Below, one piece after another: positions 25,251-38,900 of a stretch of DNA of 64,000 bases (position 1 is its first letter; each line of letters begins with the position of its first letter). The position numbers and the translations under genes are program-made. Location: assembly GCF_032062105.1 (NCBI RefSeq), contig NW_026928016.1, positions 1-64,000 of the forward strand, given 5' to 3'. Origin of the DNA: Saccostrea cucullata (Eukaryota). Under the pieces are notes generated by a model, which searched no databases, had not been told where the DNA came from, and saw nothing but the letters and a program-made list of their open reading frames with translations.

Positions 25251-28200
25251 ATGGGTGCAAACTGGATTTCTTTTGCCGTCATTCTGACTGTTCTAGCTTC
25301 TAGTAAGTATATAGGTTACCATATAAGTGATATTGAAAATTATTATACCTCTACTCTAATTACTCTATATAAAATTAATACCATAAAACTGTCTATTTCA
25401 TTACGCTCATCTGAAGACTACTCCAGGGAAAATCAGAGCTACTCCCTGGGACTACTTCCTCATGAATATATTAGTAATTTTAACCAATCAAAGTGTTCAG
25501 TGGGCGGAGCGTTCAAGGAATCTCGAGTCTGTGACGTCATGTTATTAGCAATGTAACTATGACGTCAAAACATTTCGACATGCGATGTCAAAATCATACT
25601 TGAATTCTAGCAAAATGAAGACAACGATAATTCTTCGAAATGACAGTGAAAATACTTTTTAAAAATAATCTATTTGTTGTAGGACACGATGCATTACTTA
25701 TCATATAGTGTGTTAAACCGCATGCATTTGTAATTGTCTCTACAGTGTTTTTTTTTTAATGTCGGAATATCTGGTAAAAAAAATTAAATCGCCCATGATT
25801 GTTTCGGTATAATAAAACAGTTATGGAATGGGAACTTGGGAAATAGCAAATTTATGGTTCGCCGCCTCGGGAAATAGTTTCCTCCCTCGGGGAACCATAA
25901 ATTTGCTATTTCCCTCGTACCCATTCCATAACTGTATACTATACACTCTCTTCATTATGTGTAACCCAACTAAAACCCAATTATTCTTCAATATGTATTT
26001 ATATCATTGTTATGTTAAGGACTTTGTTGTATAGTTGTCGTTGTCTATATTATGTACAACAACACATGAAAACATCCATAAATCTGAGTATTTTTACTTG
26101 AATAGCAATCGTAACATCCATGAGAAACTAAAAACAAGTCAGATCTGAAATTTTGCAGCAATAGCTGACTGTCCTAATGGTTTTCTTCAACATGATACGT
26201 CTTGTTACAAGTTTTTCCACTCTACAAGAGCAACATGGGCCGAGGCAATGGTAAGGATTAAACAATAAAACAAGATACGCTTGCAACAATAGTATTCCAG
26301 CAATGACTAATGATCATCACCTCAAAGGTGATGTATATATTCAAACTTGTTGTAATAAATGCATTCGTCAGGTTTCGGGAAAATGCAAAGCCCGGTATAT
26401 ATGGTAGTAGCAACTTGTACAGCGAGATTCCTTTGTATTTCTATAGTCCCCTAGCTACACCGGATTTATTTTTAAAAAATCATGCTTGAGGTCTGGTGGG
26501 CATAAAAATGGACAATTATTTAATTTTCTTCCGATACATGTATTTTTAATAATGCCAAAACTCATTTAAAAATGGATGTTTCATTTTTAACACAGCAACT
26601 TGTAATTGCGGTAGTATTCAAGAGAGGCTGAATCTCAATTTTCCTTAAAATAATGCTTGTTATAACTTTCAACCCGCATTGAAAAAGGTTTGTCTAATCT
26701 ACAGAAGGAAAAATGATTTTGTTAGGCATGGCTTTGTCCAGGAAAGCAATAATGCTTGTTATAACTTTCAACCCGCATTGAAAATGATTTTGTTAGGCAT
26801 GGTTTTGTCCAGGAAAGCCCCATAGCTTCTAAACCTGCTTCCAGATCTAATCTCGTCACTGCTGTCAGATTTTATAAATGGTTTTGAAAAGCAATCCTTC
26901 AAGTTTTGATCCAGATGTAAGGCTTCCACATCGTCTCAAGCTAAAGTCAAGAGTACACACAAACTAGTAGTTCTAGGAATGGGAGAGAATCGTGCTTTTT
27001 GGCTGCGGTTTGTGATGGGACTTCCAAAGGCTTGGGAATGAGTCCGGACCTGCTCCAAAAGCATAACGTGGGCAATCATTTAGAAAATACACATACGGAG
27101 TGAGAAATGATAATAACATAACTGAAGAAATATTTAATCACTTGAGATATCTCAAACTCGGTTACTCCATCATTACTCTCATCAATTGAATTAAATGAAA
27201 GAAATAATTCATTTGATACACGTATCATTTCAATTGATGTGATGAAATTCTAAAATACATTTAGAATTATTATTTGTTGACCTTTTTAACGTAATCGAAG
27301 GTATCTTTGACAACAATTTTGTTATTGTGAACATCAGATCGATCAGAGAGCAACAATTTGAGGGGGGGCTCAACTAAATTATCAGGAGTCATTTGGTGGA
27401 CATATTTTGCCCGACATATTTTGCCCCCTAGTATGCAAATATTGGCGTTATTATGTACATTTACCCATATTATTAATATCAGATAGTCTACAGAGGTCGA
27501 TAAGATCAGATAAGATAATTAGATTGCATATTTCTGCTACTACATACAAGATAAATCATGTTAACAAGCGAGAAAAGTATGTCAATATGCAAGATAACTA
27601 ATATAGTATGTCTACATGCAAAATAATTACACGTATGTTGACATACAAATTGCAATTTAATGTATGTAAGTTTGTACATCTATGAAAACCAAATCATTGT
27701 CATTACATCGCCAATCCTACAGATTCTGACATTGGTAAATATATTTATTTTCGTCAGTATTTGATATAATCTGGCCAAGATGTTAAGTTGACATGATACA
27801 TATTTATGTAACATGCTAGGTTATTATGTAGACATGCGACTTATTCATGACAAAATGCCAGATAATTACATGTATGTAGCCCTGCATGCGACTTAGTACC
27901 ATTTATGTCGACATAAATAAATTTGAAGACTGATCAATACATGCAAATACTTATTACTTTTCCCCTGAAATTTAAGGTCATCTCTTATTACATAATTAAT
28001 TGTTTGTTGCATTGATCTCTGCTGCTGAGGGATGTTTGTCAATAGAAAAGAGCAGTTGTTCAATTATGAAGTGCATTATTTGGATTTCTCTATTCAACAG
28101 ACAGACCCATAGGAAGCAATTTAAGTGAGTGGGAGGGGGCAAACATTTTCGGTAGGGGGCACTAATAAGTACCAAAATTTCCCTATATGCTCGGGAAAAT

Positions 28201-29248
28201 TTAATTCTTGCTTATATTTGTATTACATGTATAAAGGATTCGATACAACAGAAACCACAGCTCCCGAAAATGTCTTGCTAATAAATGCTTAATTGCTAAG
28301 GCGTCACTAAAAATATCAGTAAAATACCAGATATTTCTATATGGTTATACTCATTGGGTATATTGTACTTCTAGATGTATTGCCAAGTGTTCAAGTCACA
28401 TTTAGCCGTTATTGAATCTGAGAGAGAACAGAATTTCATCGAGGGACTTTTACGCAGGGAGTACCACCGTGGTAAAGTTTGTTGGGCTTATATACATGTA
28501 TTTTACTAGTAATTTTACAAATTTGTTACTTTGAATTCATAACTGTACCTATATGTTTTATTATATAAAATGAAAGAATTTACCATCTAGATTTCTTTTA
28601 CCTGGACTTTTTCAAAGAAGTGTCTAAGATCTCATATGCTCTAAACCAAAGCATTTTATTGGCAAAGAATATCATAGGATCATTTTAATTCCTGGCAGTG
28701 TAGGGGATTGGTTCTATTTTAGGTTTGCCAGATGGCTGCTGGATTGATGGGACAGATGCTCTAGTGGAGGGAGAGTGGATGTGGACCACTACAGGTAAAA
28801 ACATCATGAAAGAGGATTACCAGAAGTGGTACCCAGGAGAGCCCAACTCTGTCAGAAACACGGGAGAGGACTGTATGGATCTTCTACACCACGAGAACTA
28901 CAACTGGAATGACGAGAGCTGTGAGGTTCAGAATAACTTCCTGTGTGAAACAAGGTATGTATGAGGAGAGAGGAAATTACACATGTATAAATGTGATTGA
29001 TTTACATGTACTTATTTTTTGTCAAAGTCTGAGTCAGCAGTTTTTCAGCCATATTTGAGCAAAGACCATGCATTCATTTAAGCAACATTTTTATTACAAT
29101 TGTACAGTGAAATGTTGTTAATATCTTGTAATATATTTGTACAGCACAATAATTATTACTGACGTTCTATTTTCTACGAATATTTGTCAGAATTTATTCA
29201 TATGAAAATTTATCTTACAGTGCCAACACAGAAACTATTATCGGATAG
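25251..29248 (+). CDS. Secreted perlucin-like C-type lectin B (166 aa; EPN/WND, mannose-type motif)
   Basis: Exons 25251-25302 (signal peptide), 26159-26250 (CPNGF..CYKF..TWAEA), 28375-28471, 28723-28954 (WIDGTD..WYPGEPN..EDC..WNDESC..FLCE), 29221-29248 (SANTETIIG*). AATAAA near 29283. The 97- and 232-nt exons match lectin A in size. Confidence 0.9.
25815..25937. repeat. Palindromic repeat in lectin B intron 1
   Basis: Arms ACAGTTATGGAATGGG..GGGAAATAGCAAATTTATGGTTC / GAACCATAAATTTGCTATTTCCC..CCCATTCCATAACTGT. Confidence 0.7.
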
Positions 29249-29403
29249 GTCTATCCAATTTGATGTTTCTTCATGTTCTTAAAATAAAGTCACAGGTTCT
29301 TTTTTATTTGTTTTTTTCATAAAATCCATAGTTTAAACTACATACAAATGTTGGGTCACAGAATACATGTAATCCCTATTTGATAGTGTGAAGACCAGGA
29401 TTG

Positions 29404-32400
29404 TCACACTCTGTTCATGGCCTTCCTCCTCAAAGATTCTCTAAGCATATGGATTCGATCATCAATATCTGATACTGCCATATTCTATTTCAAAACAAGT
29501 ACACATTTTCAGGAATCAAAAAATTAATTAATGTTAATAATGAACAGAAGATGAAATTAATTAGATTTTAACAATGAACAAAACAAAATATTTTTAAAAA
29601 GTTTGTGGTTCACATGCTTTATGCTGAAGCATTATGCATAATACATGTATAAACATCTGTAAATATGGAAACTTATTTTGCTGAAACATAATATCTGTAC
29701 AATGGAATATCTTACATTCACATCCTGAAAGTGAAGTGGCAGTCTAGCTGATGTTCTTCTTCTTTTGGAAGACATGGGTAAAGGCTGTCAAAAAAACCAT
29801 GGAGACAATGAATTGTATCCACTAAACAGGTATGGTATATATCACAGCAGTTTTCCAGAGTGCACATTGCAGAGACATTTTAAATGTTTTTGAAAATCAA
29901 TATTTTCAGATTGATTATCCCCTTGCTAATGAGTTGTGTAGGGACTATAATAGTATTAAGTTTTTTAACACACACTAGAGCAAAATGTTTTAAAAACATC
30001 ATTGATTTTTTTTTGCACAACTCCACAAATCATCAACACAAGTTTTCTATTTTGAACAGCCACTCAAGTGTATTTAGGTTTATGAAAAACAAATCTACAA
30101 AACTTGCTGTTACTTTTGACCCTGTACCATGAAATGTTACTCACTATTCCACTGCTAAAGTATTCTGGTGAAAGACTCTCCAAGTATAATATTCGTTCTT
30201 CCATCTTCTTAACCCTGGTAAATAGATCCGTTCTTTGTTCTCCTGTGTAAAAATATGTAGTTACTTGTATTTCATGATTAATAAATAAGTTTTTAGTTCA
30301 AGGATTCCAAATTTACTTATGTACTTCACCAATTTAAAATAAGCCAAAACTTTAAGCAAGAATCTCTTCTTTTAAAATGATCATTATAACCTTCTGTAGT
30401 CTAAACACTGCATACTAAAGAGTTCTATTCCATGGTAATTTTATGCAGATAGAATGATATACAATGAAAATGAAATACATGTAGATGAACCCAACAGACA
30501 CCTTGATACAATTTTTTTTTTTTTTGCAATGTGGAAAAAGTATTTTCAGCAATGAAGGAATGAAGAATAAAGATGTCAATTCCATAGTTTACAAAAAGTT
30601 AAAAAAATATATATATATATTTTGGTGATAATGATATTTAAAATGAATTACGTTTATCAAGCTTGAGGTGGGTCTCTATATTCTGAAGACGTTCCTCTAT
30701 ACCGGCAGAAAAACTTGGATCCTCCACGGGTTCCTTCTTCACCACAGTGACAGGGTTAGGCTGACTGATCTGGGTTTGTGGTCCTTGAAGATTCACCACT
30801 CTTGTCACTAAAAAATAAACAAGGAATTATACAGCTATACCGTGATATACAATGTATAAAAGCAAAATCATGCCCAAGTTGCTTACTATTTTTTTTTTTA
30901 TATAACTTTTGAATGAAGCTAATCAGAGTAAAATTTATCACCTTTGATGTGACTTTTTCCACCAATTCTGGTATCAAACACTGAATCAACACGGGCACAG
31001 CTACTGTCAGTTTCTGAAATACAGGAAACATATTTACAATGTATTAAATTCTCTTTTATCTTGTTTATCACTATAATATCACTATACTAAACAAAAGCAA
31101 TGGAAAGACACTGCTAACCTGATACTGGGGAGACTGTTGAACAGAACTCTCTAATATTTAGTTCATCCACCTCCTGTCTCTTTTGTTCAATGAAAGCAGC
31201 AATTCTCCTTTCTATCTAGAAAGAGAATAAGAAATTGTACTCTATCCAAGAGTGTTGATTTGTTGTTCTTGATCTTTAAAGATTTTTCATATTTATGTAT
31301 ATTTTCACAAGTTAAACTTGAATTCCACATTGCGGCCCCACCCTTCCTTTGGAGGTCATGGTATCTCCCCGGTAACTTAAGGAAATTATGGCCTTCATTT
31401 GATGAAACTTTAATCCCCTTCAACCAATGTTTATATAAGGTAAATACAAGTTTAGATAAAATTGGTCCTGTGGTTTTAATGAAGCAGTCAAAAATTAAAG
31501 TTAACGGACACACATATAAGCTCATTTCAATCTTCAGTTCAGGTGAGCTAAAGAGACTTTTGCTGAGACATGTAACTAAAGCTGTCACTGTAAACTCTAT
31601 TTAATCTACATTTAGCAAATTTAAATCATTGTCCTCAGAATGGATATCATTTGCAAGCCTTTCAAAATCTGCCAGTACCCAGTACTTTTACCTTGTTGAA
31701 TTCCTTATCATATCGGGCAAAATATCTTAGAAAGAATGTTTGAAAACATTTTTAATAAAAGCCACTTAAATTTCTACTTTATTTAACTTCAACAGAGGAG
31801 GTTTCAAAATATATCTCTTTAAATCTTTATTTCTTTGAAAGTTACTGACAAATTTAATGATATCATATATTACAAAAATTACTGCACTTCTTTTTCATTT
31901 GAAATAAAAAGGCAGTATTTAGTACTGATGATTTTATTCCTTACCTCTTGACTAGAAGCTTTGATCTGTATATTACTGTTGGCAATGCTGTCTGTCTCAC
32001 TAGCATGGAGAGTTGACTGGGTTTGGAAGTTATCCCTAGTCTCGTGTTGTGTACTATCACCCTCACTCTCAATCATTTCCATCTCTACACTTGTGTCACC
32101 TAATTCCACTGAATCATCTGTACTTTTATCATTGTTGTGTAGGTCCTGATTTTTTTGTATTTTCTTTTGTATATCCTTTAAAAAAAAATGGCAAAAGCCT
32201 GCAGTACAATGTACATACAAGTACTAGTAGTGTGTTATATTTTATATAAAAATAAAATTCTTATCATTTTACTGCATCAAACTTTGTCACTGAAAGATGG
32301 CTTAGCCTTATTATTTTTCACATGACCAAATGATCACTTGATTCAAGTTACAGAATTTGTGTTTACAAATTACAACACCTCACTTAAGACCAACATTTGT

Positions 32401-34443
32401 GCAGGAATGTTCTACATATGGAATACTCTTTAAATCTAAGCCAGGTTAATTCAGTAGGCATCAAATAGAAATGAACAAACCCTCTGGAACTTTCTATTTA
32501 CCTTTAAATCTGTTATGAGTCTCTTCAAACTGTTAATAAATTCTTTGCTACACACATTTTCGTGATGCTCCACTGAATCTCTTGGTAAAACGTCTAATAA
32601 ATTGAAATCATTGTACAATACCTATGAAAAAAAAGTAAAAGTACTTTTAATGCATATATACAGTTAAACTTGTCTAATCTGCATATTGTGTATTCTGAAT
32701 TCTTTCTTAAAACAACAATTCAGAACATTCAATAAATAAAATTTGTCTTCTAATCTGGAATGTTATCTAATTTGGTCAATAAGACTTAATTTCTATGGAA
32801 CCATTTGACAAGTTTTACTGTAGCTTCAATAACCAATCCTGGTTGAATGTAAAGTTGTTGATTTTTCATAGAAAAATCCCATTCGTTTTAAACCTCCAAT
32901 GCTGAAGAGTTACACAATAGTCTGCTTCAAATACTTGTACTCTAGTTCATTTCTACATGAAATAGTTGTAGAGTGAAGTATCTGAAGCAGACTATTGTGG
33001 AACTCTTCAGCATCGGAGTTTTAATTAAACGAAGGATATTTCTATTAAAAATCAACATCTTTATATATTGTTCGATTTAAACCTTTTAAAGGTAAGAAAC
33101 GGAAGTTATATAGTAGGGCTGGGACAATACAACTTTTTCTATATAGATACGTATCACGATATTTGAGCCACAATACAATATGTTTCATTGCTTATAAAAT
33201 CTTTATTAGCATTGAAATAAACAAATTTTTCTTTTCAAATAAGAATAATTTATTCAAAATAGTTGTTTATATGTTGTAAAACAAAAATATTTTACTGAAG
33301 TGGTGTTAATTTTTTTTTTATTTCAGATCTATTCTTATATTTAGCTTATTAATTTTATATGTTAAACCCCAAATGTTAAATAAACAAAGAAAAACAGAAC
33401 TAAGATTTTTTTGGGGATATTTTGATATTTCATCATAATAATATGTATTGATATGGGTATCGTCCTCTCATATATCTCAATATATCGTCCCAGCCCTATT
33501 TTATAGTGATCGATAGAGAATTAAAAGGATGTCCATGGGAAAAAGTTGAAGTGGGCAGCTAATTCATTTAAGCCCATATTGATTGAAACAAGCAGTTGAA
33601 GTTGGGGCAAATAAGCCTTAATCACTTTGTGTGACATTGATCTGAGATGTCAACAGGACACCAGACGAAAATTTTTAGTCCCTTCAACATCTTGCTAAGA
33701 TTAGGCCCTACATGTATATAAAGCATTAAAGCCATTGATTCGTAAACACACAATTACATCTTGAATTCGGCACAATGTAAGCCATTCATTCTTATCCATA
33801 CTTCTAGAGTACATTTAAAATCCAAGCATGGAACAGGTCCAGTCCAAAGACTATTTCTACCTACCCAAAGTAGCTATTTTTACGTACCTTTTGTATTATC
33901 TGCATTTTGTGACCAGAAGACTGAACAGCGCAATACCATATTTTTTGATACAGTCGCACTAATGATGAAAAAGACAAAATTTGGGTGAAAAAAATGATTG
34001 CTTCCTGAATCCGCAGTTTTAAATTTATTCTTATGCAAAATTGATAATGTTTGAAGCAATAATTTTTTGGCCAAATTTATCCATCATCAGTGTGACTGTA
34101 TCAAGAAATTTTGTGCTCACCACATTGCGCTGTTCCTGCATTTGGCCACAAAATGCAATTAAAGCAGAAAGTATGTAAAAATAGCTACTTTGGATAGGTT
34201 TAAATTCCTAATAGCTATTGGACTGAACCTGTGGAAATGCATCATCTTCTGCTGTTCTGCTTCTAAGCATTCAAAAGCTGTGGAACCATGACTAAAGTAG
34301 TGTTTATTTTATTAGAGTTGCTTTTTTATATCGCATAGTGTAAAATAACATATAATAGTCAATGTTTTAATTAAAGGACGTACTTGCAAAAATTCACTAA
34401 ATAACTTTATCAAACGATTCATATCTTCGTGTAGCTCCTCCAT
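29404..34443 (-). CDS. MBIP: MAP3K12-binding inhibitory protein 1 (ATAC complex subunit), about 327 aa
   Basis: Exons 34443-34384, 32621-32502, 32175-31945, 31215-31119, 31013-30942, 30807-30652, 30242-30145, 29784-29716, 29484-29404. Peptides IERRIAAFIEQKRQEVDELNIREFC, SCARVDS..KSHIKV, IEERLQNIETHLKL and YLESLSPEYF match MBIP. Confidence 0.88.
32894..33018. repeat. ~125-bp imperfect hairpin in MBIP intron 1
   Basis: CTCCAATGCTGAAGAGTTACACAATAGTCTGCTTCA / TGAAGCAGACTATTGTGGAACTCTTCAGCATCGGAG. Confidence 0.7.
33114..33498. mobile_element. hAT-type MITE
   Basis: TIR TAGGGCTGGGACAATA / TATCGTCCCAGCCCTA with an 8-bp TSD TTATATAG / TTTTATAG (1 mismatch). Confidence 0.75.
33834..34231. mobile_element. 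Unclassified MITE with a 5-bp TSD
   Basis: Termini CAGGTCCAGTCCAA / TTGGACTGAACCTG, long imperfect inverted arms, and TGGAA on both sides. Confidence 0.65.
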
Positions 34444-34743
34444 CCTTTGAAATGTGGCTAACTTGATCCTAAACTAATTCACATGTACAAAAATTGTTTT
34501 ATTAGCATTTATTTCATATAAAACTTGACTAAAATATTACAGTGAAATATATTTTACTAAAGACTTGAGTCAGATAACAGTTTTAGGGAAATTCATGCCC
34601 TCAGAAAGGTAAAGTCTTTGGTACGAATTCGATAAAGTATAAACTAGCATTGTCTAAATACACAAAAAATGATGACGTTTTTTTCATAACACCAAGAGCG
34701 GGGATATTGGATTTCATTCTTTTTTTTTTCAAGAAAACGTCAA
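34444..34743. promoter_or_regulatory. Putative bidirectional promoter MBIP/RNF8
   Basis: The divergent start codons are 300 bp apart. No specific motif was verified. Confidence 0.5.
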
Positions 34744-35881
34744 ATGACACAAGAGGGATTTACAATTGGACTCATTCGAGTTGGCGATAATGTTAAAAAG
34801 TATAAGCTGATTGATTTTCGCGGAAAAGACGAGGTATTGAAATTAGCCCATCTGCTCCAGCGCACTGTTCTCTGTTTTCGTTATCTTTGCTTATATGTTT
34901 CGAATTTCCTCGACAAAAAACTGTTATATATCATTGAAGCTCTCAAGTTTGAAAAATCTTAGCTGTATGTCAATACCTTCATATGGTACATCAAACTTTG
35001 AAATATTCCATTTGTATTGTATAATTTTAATTTGTAATCTAGCATATATTGTTTTGAAATGAGTAAGACATTCCAGTTAATGCTCAAACTTCAATTAGCA
35101 AACTAATATCAGGGACCTATATACTAACGGGATAGGCAACTCCTTCATCGCCATGTTTATTTACCCAAAACATCACGCACAAAACTACAAGTTTTTCAAA
35201 CTCCGTTTATTCCCAGTAAACAGGGTATTTTCTGATTAATATCATTTATTCCTTTTATGTATAGGAATTGATTTATTGATAAATATGTAAGCATGATAAT
35301 AATATAATTAAAATATAAAGGAAACAATCACCGAAATCGGCGATTTCTCGGAAATATGGCTGATCGGGGCATGTGCTAATTTTGCATAAAACAAAATTAT
35401 TACGAAGATAAGGGGTATAATACGGTCTAAAAACAAATCTTGAATGATTTTTTGACAGATAATTTAAGGATTTTATCTCAAATATGCGATAGCTTTAGAG
35501 ATATGATTAAATAAAGTTGACTTACGAAATCCCGCGACTTGCGAGATATCGCGAGACTTGCAGTAGTTTCCTATCCCGTTAGTATATAGGTCCCTGCTAA
35601 TATTATAGAAAACAAATGAAAAAAAATATATAGAATCTCCCATGATTTGTAGTTGGATATGATTTTTATCCAACAAGTTGTGTGATTTTTATCCCCGAGC
35701 CTTGGCATGGGGATAATGCACAACAAACTGGGATAAAAATCATATCCAACTACAAATCATGGGAGATTCTTTTTATCCAATGTTTTATACATCACTATCA
35801 ATGGTTCACACTATCATTCAATTAAACTCTGCTTCATTTTATATCACTCTAATGCAAAACCCATTGTAAGGTCACAACTGT

Positions 35882-35916
<35 letters not shown>

Positions 35917-38900
35917 AAAATATCATGAGTCATATCCACGGGATAAAGGGTTAAAAATGGGATAAAAATAGAAATCATACCTGCTTGCAAATCAAAAGTT
36001 ATGCAAAGCAAATGGAAAATTTTGCAACATTTGACTTGCCATACCATCTTTTGCATTTTTACATATTTTACTTTTTTTTAATATAGATAACAGTAGGAAG
36101 ATCACAGGATGCCACAGTTTGCATCTTGTCCCCCATGATCTCGAGATGCCATGCTGTGTTTAAAAAAGATGGAGATACTTGGAGCATTAAAGATAATAAG
36201 GCAAAGTCATAGTTTCACTGTGTAGCAGAGTGCAACATCAATTTTGTTACTAACTTCACATAAACATGCCCATTTGTGCCCCTACATGTAACCTAAATTC
36301 ATTTCTCGTACAAGATTAAAGGTGGAACATACATGGTCTAGACAAATGACACAGATGGATATAAAATAATGTTAAATGGAATGGAAGCAGTTGGAGGGTT
36401 AAATTTAATAGATATGAAAAGAGGCAATTTTTTGAATATATATGAAAGGCATGGGCTGTGTTAAAAAGTTTGTAGACAGATGTGGTAAAATTAATATCAT
36501 GTAGGCTTTAACTACAAATTTCATAAGATACACAAAAAGTTAAGAGGTGTCGAAAACTTTTGATTGCTATGTTGATTAATTGCCAGTTTAACATTAAATA
36601 CAATAAATCTCAAAAATCAAAATTGTTTAATGCTTCAGCATGATAACTCAAAAGACAAAAGTAAAAAAATAGATTTCCATCAATCGGTTGCTTATATATA
36701 CAGAATCCGAGGCTCATTCTTTACATTCATTAACCTTTGAAAATATCAATTTAATTTATGTTTTCATTAATGCTGAACATTCAAAAACCTCATTTGTTAT
36801 TGTAGAGTCTTAATGGAGTATTTATAAATGGAAAGCAACTAGAACCACACAAGTCCCATACTTTACAAGAGGATGACAAAGTTCAGTTTGGAGTTCCAAA
36901 GGCTGGTGAGAAAGCAGCTGAGTTCATCTTCAAGTTTCATTACAAGATTAAAGTTAAACGAGTAAGACCAAAAAGTTCTGATGAACCAGACTGCTCTAAC
37001 AACAACCAGTTTGATAAAGACCGAAATCCACTAAAACGACTAAAACTGAACTCTGCTGAAAATGATTTGGATGACAAACCTTCATGCTCCAAGGAAAATA
37101 TTCAGAAAAAGCAGCTTCCATTTGATGATTATAAGGAGAAGCTGAACAAGCAGAAGCAAGAAGCAGATTCCAAGTTAAAGGAATTTGAAACTAAACTTGC
37201 AGAGATGCAAAAAATGCTGAAAGAAAAGGAAGAAAAACATGAGGAGATGAAGAGGCAGTTAGAGGCGGAGAAACAGGAGCGAGAAAACCAAACACTGCAG
37301 ATGAAGGAGAAACTAAAGGAGAAGGAGGATGAGATGGAACACCAGACCAGTGAAATGAGAGAAAGATTAAAAGAAAAAGAGCAGGAATTAGCAGCAGAAC
37401 TACAGAAACGAGAGGTATGTGTATAGCAGCTTTACAATGTTTTATATCCTTTAACTGTGGAAATTACAGTACAAATAAATTAATGTAGAATTTTTTGAAA
37501 TAAAAAGGGGAAAAATATATCTCACATTTGGTAGACTTATAAATTAACTTGAAGTTTAATTCTGGTCTGGGTTTGCTGTTGTTGAGTCATGTGGTTTTTC
37601 TGACTACCCATTATATAATAATGCAAGGGTTGAAACATTTTTTGCTGCTCATCGGATGGATTATCATTATTTCAAAAAAAACCATGGTTATACATTAAGT
37701 ATAACCTACCCTGGCTGTAAGTATTTATAATCTGCAAATGGTTTCTTTGTTTCTGTCATTGTAGGAGGATGAAAAGAAAATGAAGGAGGAATTAGAAAAC
37801 CAGCTGATGAGCAAAGAGGCAGAACTTCTTGAACAGCTTCAGACACAAAAAGAGGGGCTTATCATAGAGAAACAGAAAGTGGAAGAGAATTTACAAAAAG
37901 CCATGGAGAAAGCACTGGAGGAGAAAAACCGGGAACTGGAAGAACAACTTCATAAAGAAAAGGAGAGACTAGAGAAGGTATTTCAGATAGTATCAGGATT
38001 TGTGTGGGTTATCTCTAAAAATTCAATAAGCAGGGAACATTTAAAAAGTAGTAGTGGATACATGTATTGGTTTCCTCCTTTAACGGGGAGATGACATGAA
38101 ATACCAGAGTAAACGTAAGATTACGTGATTATAGGTGGGGAAATTCCCCAAGTCTTTGGGACAACCCTGTTGTGCAATATACAAACAGTTGATCTATGTT
38201 TCCTATTATGTACATCCAAATTTTGATTGCCTATGTCTTGTCTTGTTTTCTAGGTAATTACACAGAAGGAAACAGAACAAAAAATGTTGGAAGCCCAGCT
38301 GCAGGCAACAAAACAAGAGAATGACCATCAGTCAGATGCCATACTTCAAGCTCGACAGGACATACTGACTAATTTTTCGGACTTGATGGAAACAGAGCTA
38401 CAATGCAGCATCTGTAATGAATTATTTATACAGGTACTGTTCCTCAGTTTCCAAAGAAAAATGGATAATCATAAACAGAGAATAATACATACACTTCTCC
38501 ATATCCCATCTTGTATGTTATACATGTATCAGTTAAGGCCTTCAAAGAAGGGAGGGTATATTGCTTCTGTTTGTCAGTCTGTCTGTCTGTCAACCAACAG
38601 TCTCCATTCATTTTCTTTGCACAGGTTGCACATACTGAAATGAAATTTGTATACAGATTAATTATAACAATATTAAGGCCAGGTTCTGTTTTGGGTACAA
38701 TTGAAAAATTTTTGCCAGAGTTATGCCCCTTGGACTCAGAAAATTTCCAATTATTTGCAGTTGATCTTTCTGAACTTTTTCTTTGCATTTTTTGCACCTA
38801 CTTAAATGAAATTTGATATACAGGTTTTTCATTTCCATGTACACTTTCCATGATAAAGGCTTGTGCATCCCATAACTATAATGTTATTGTATGTCCATGG

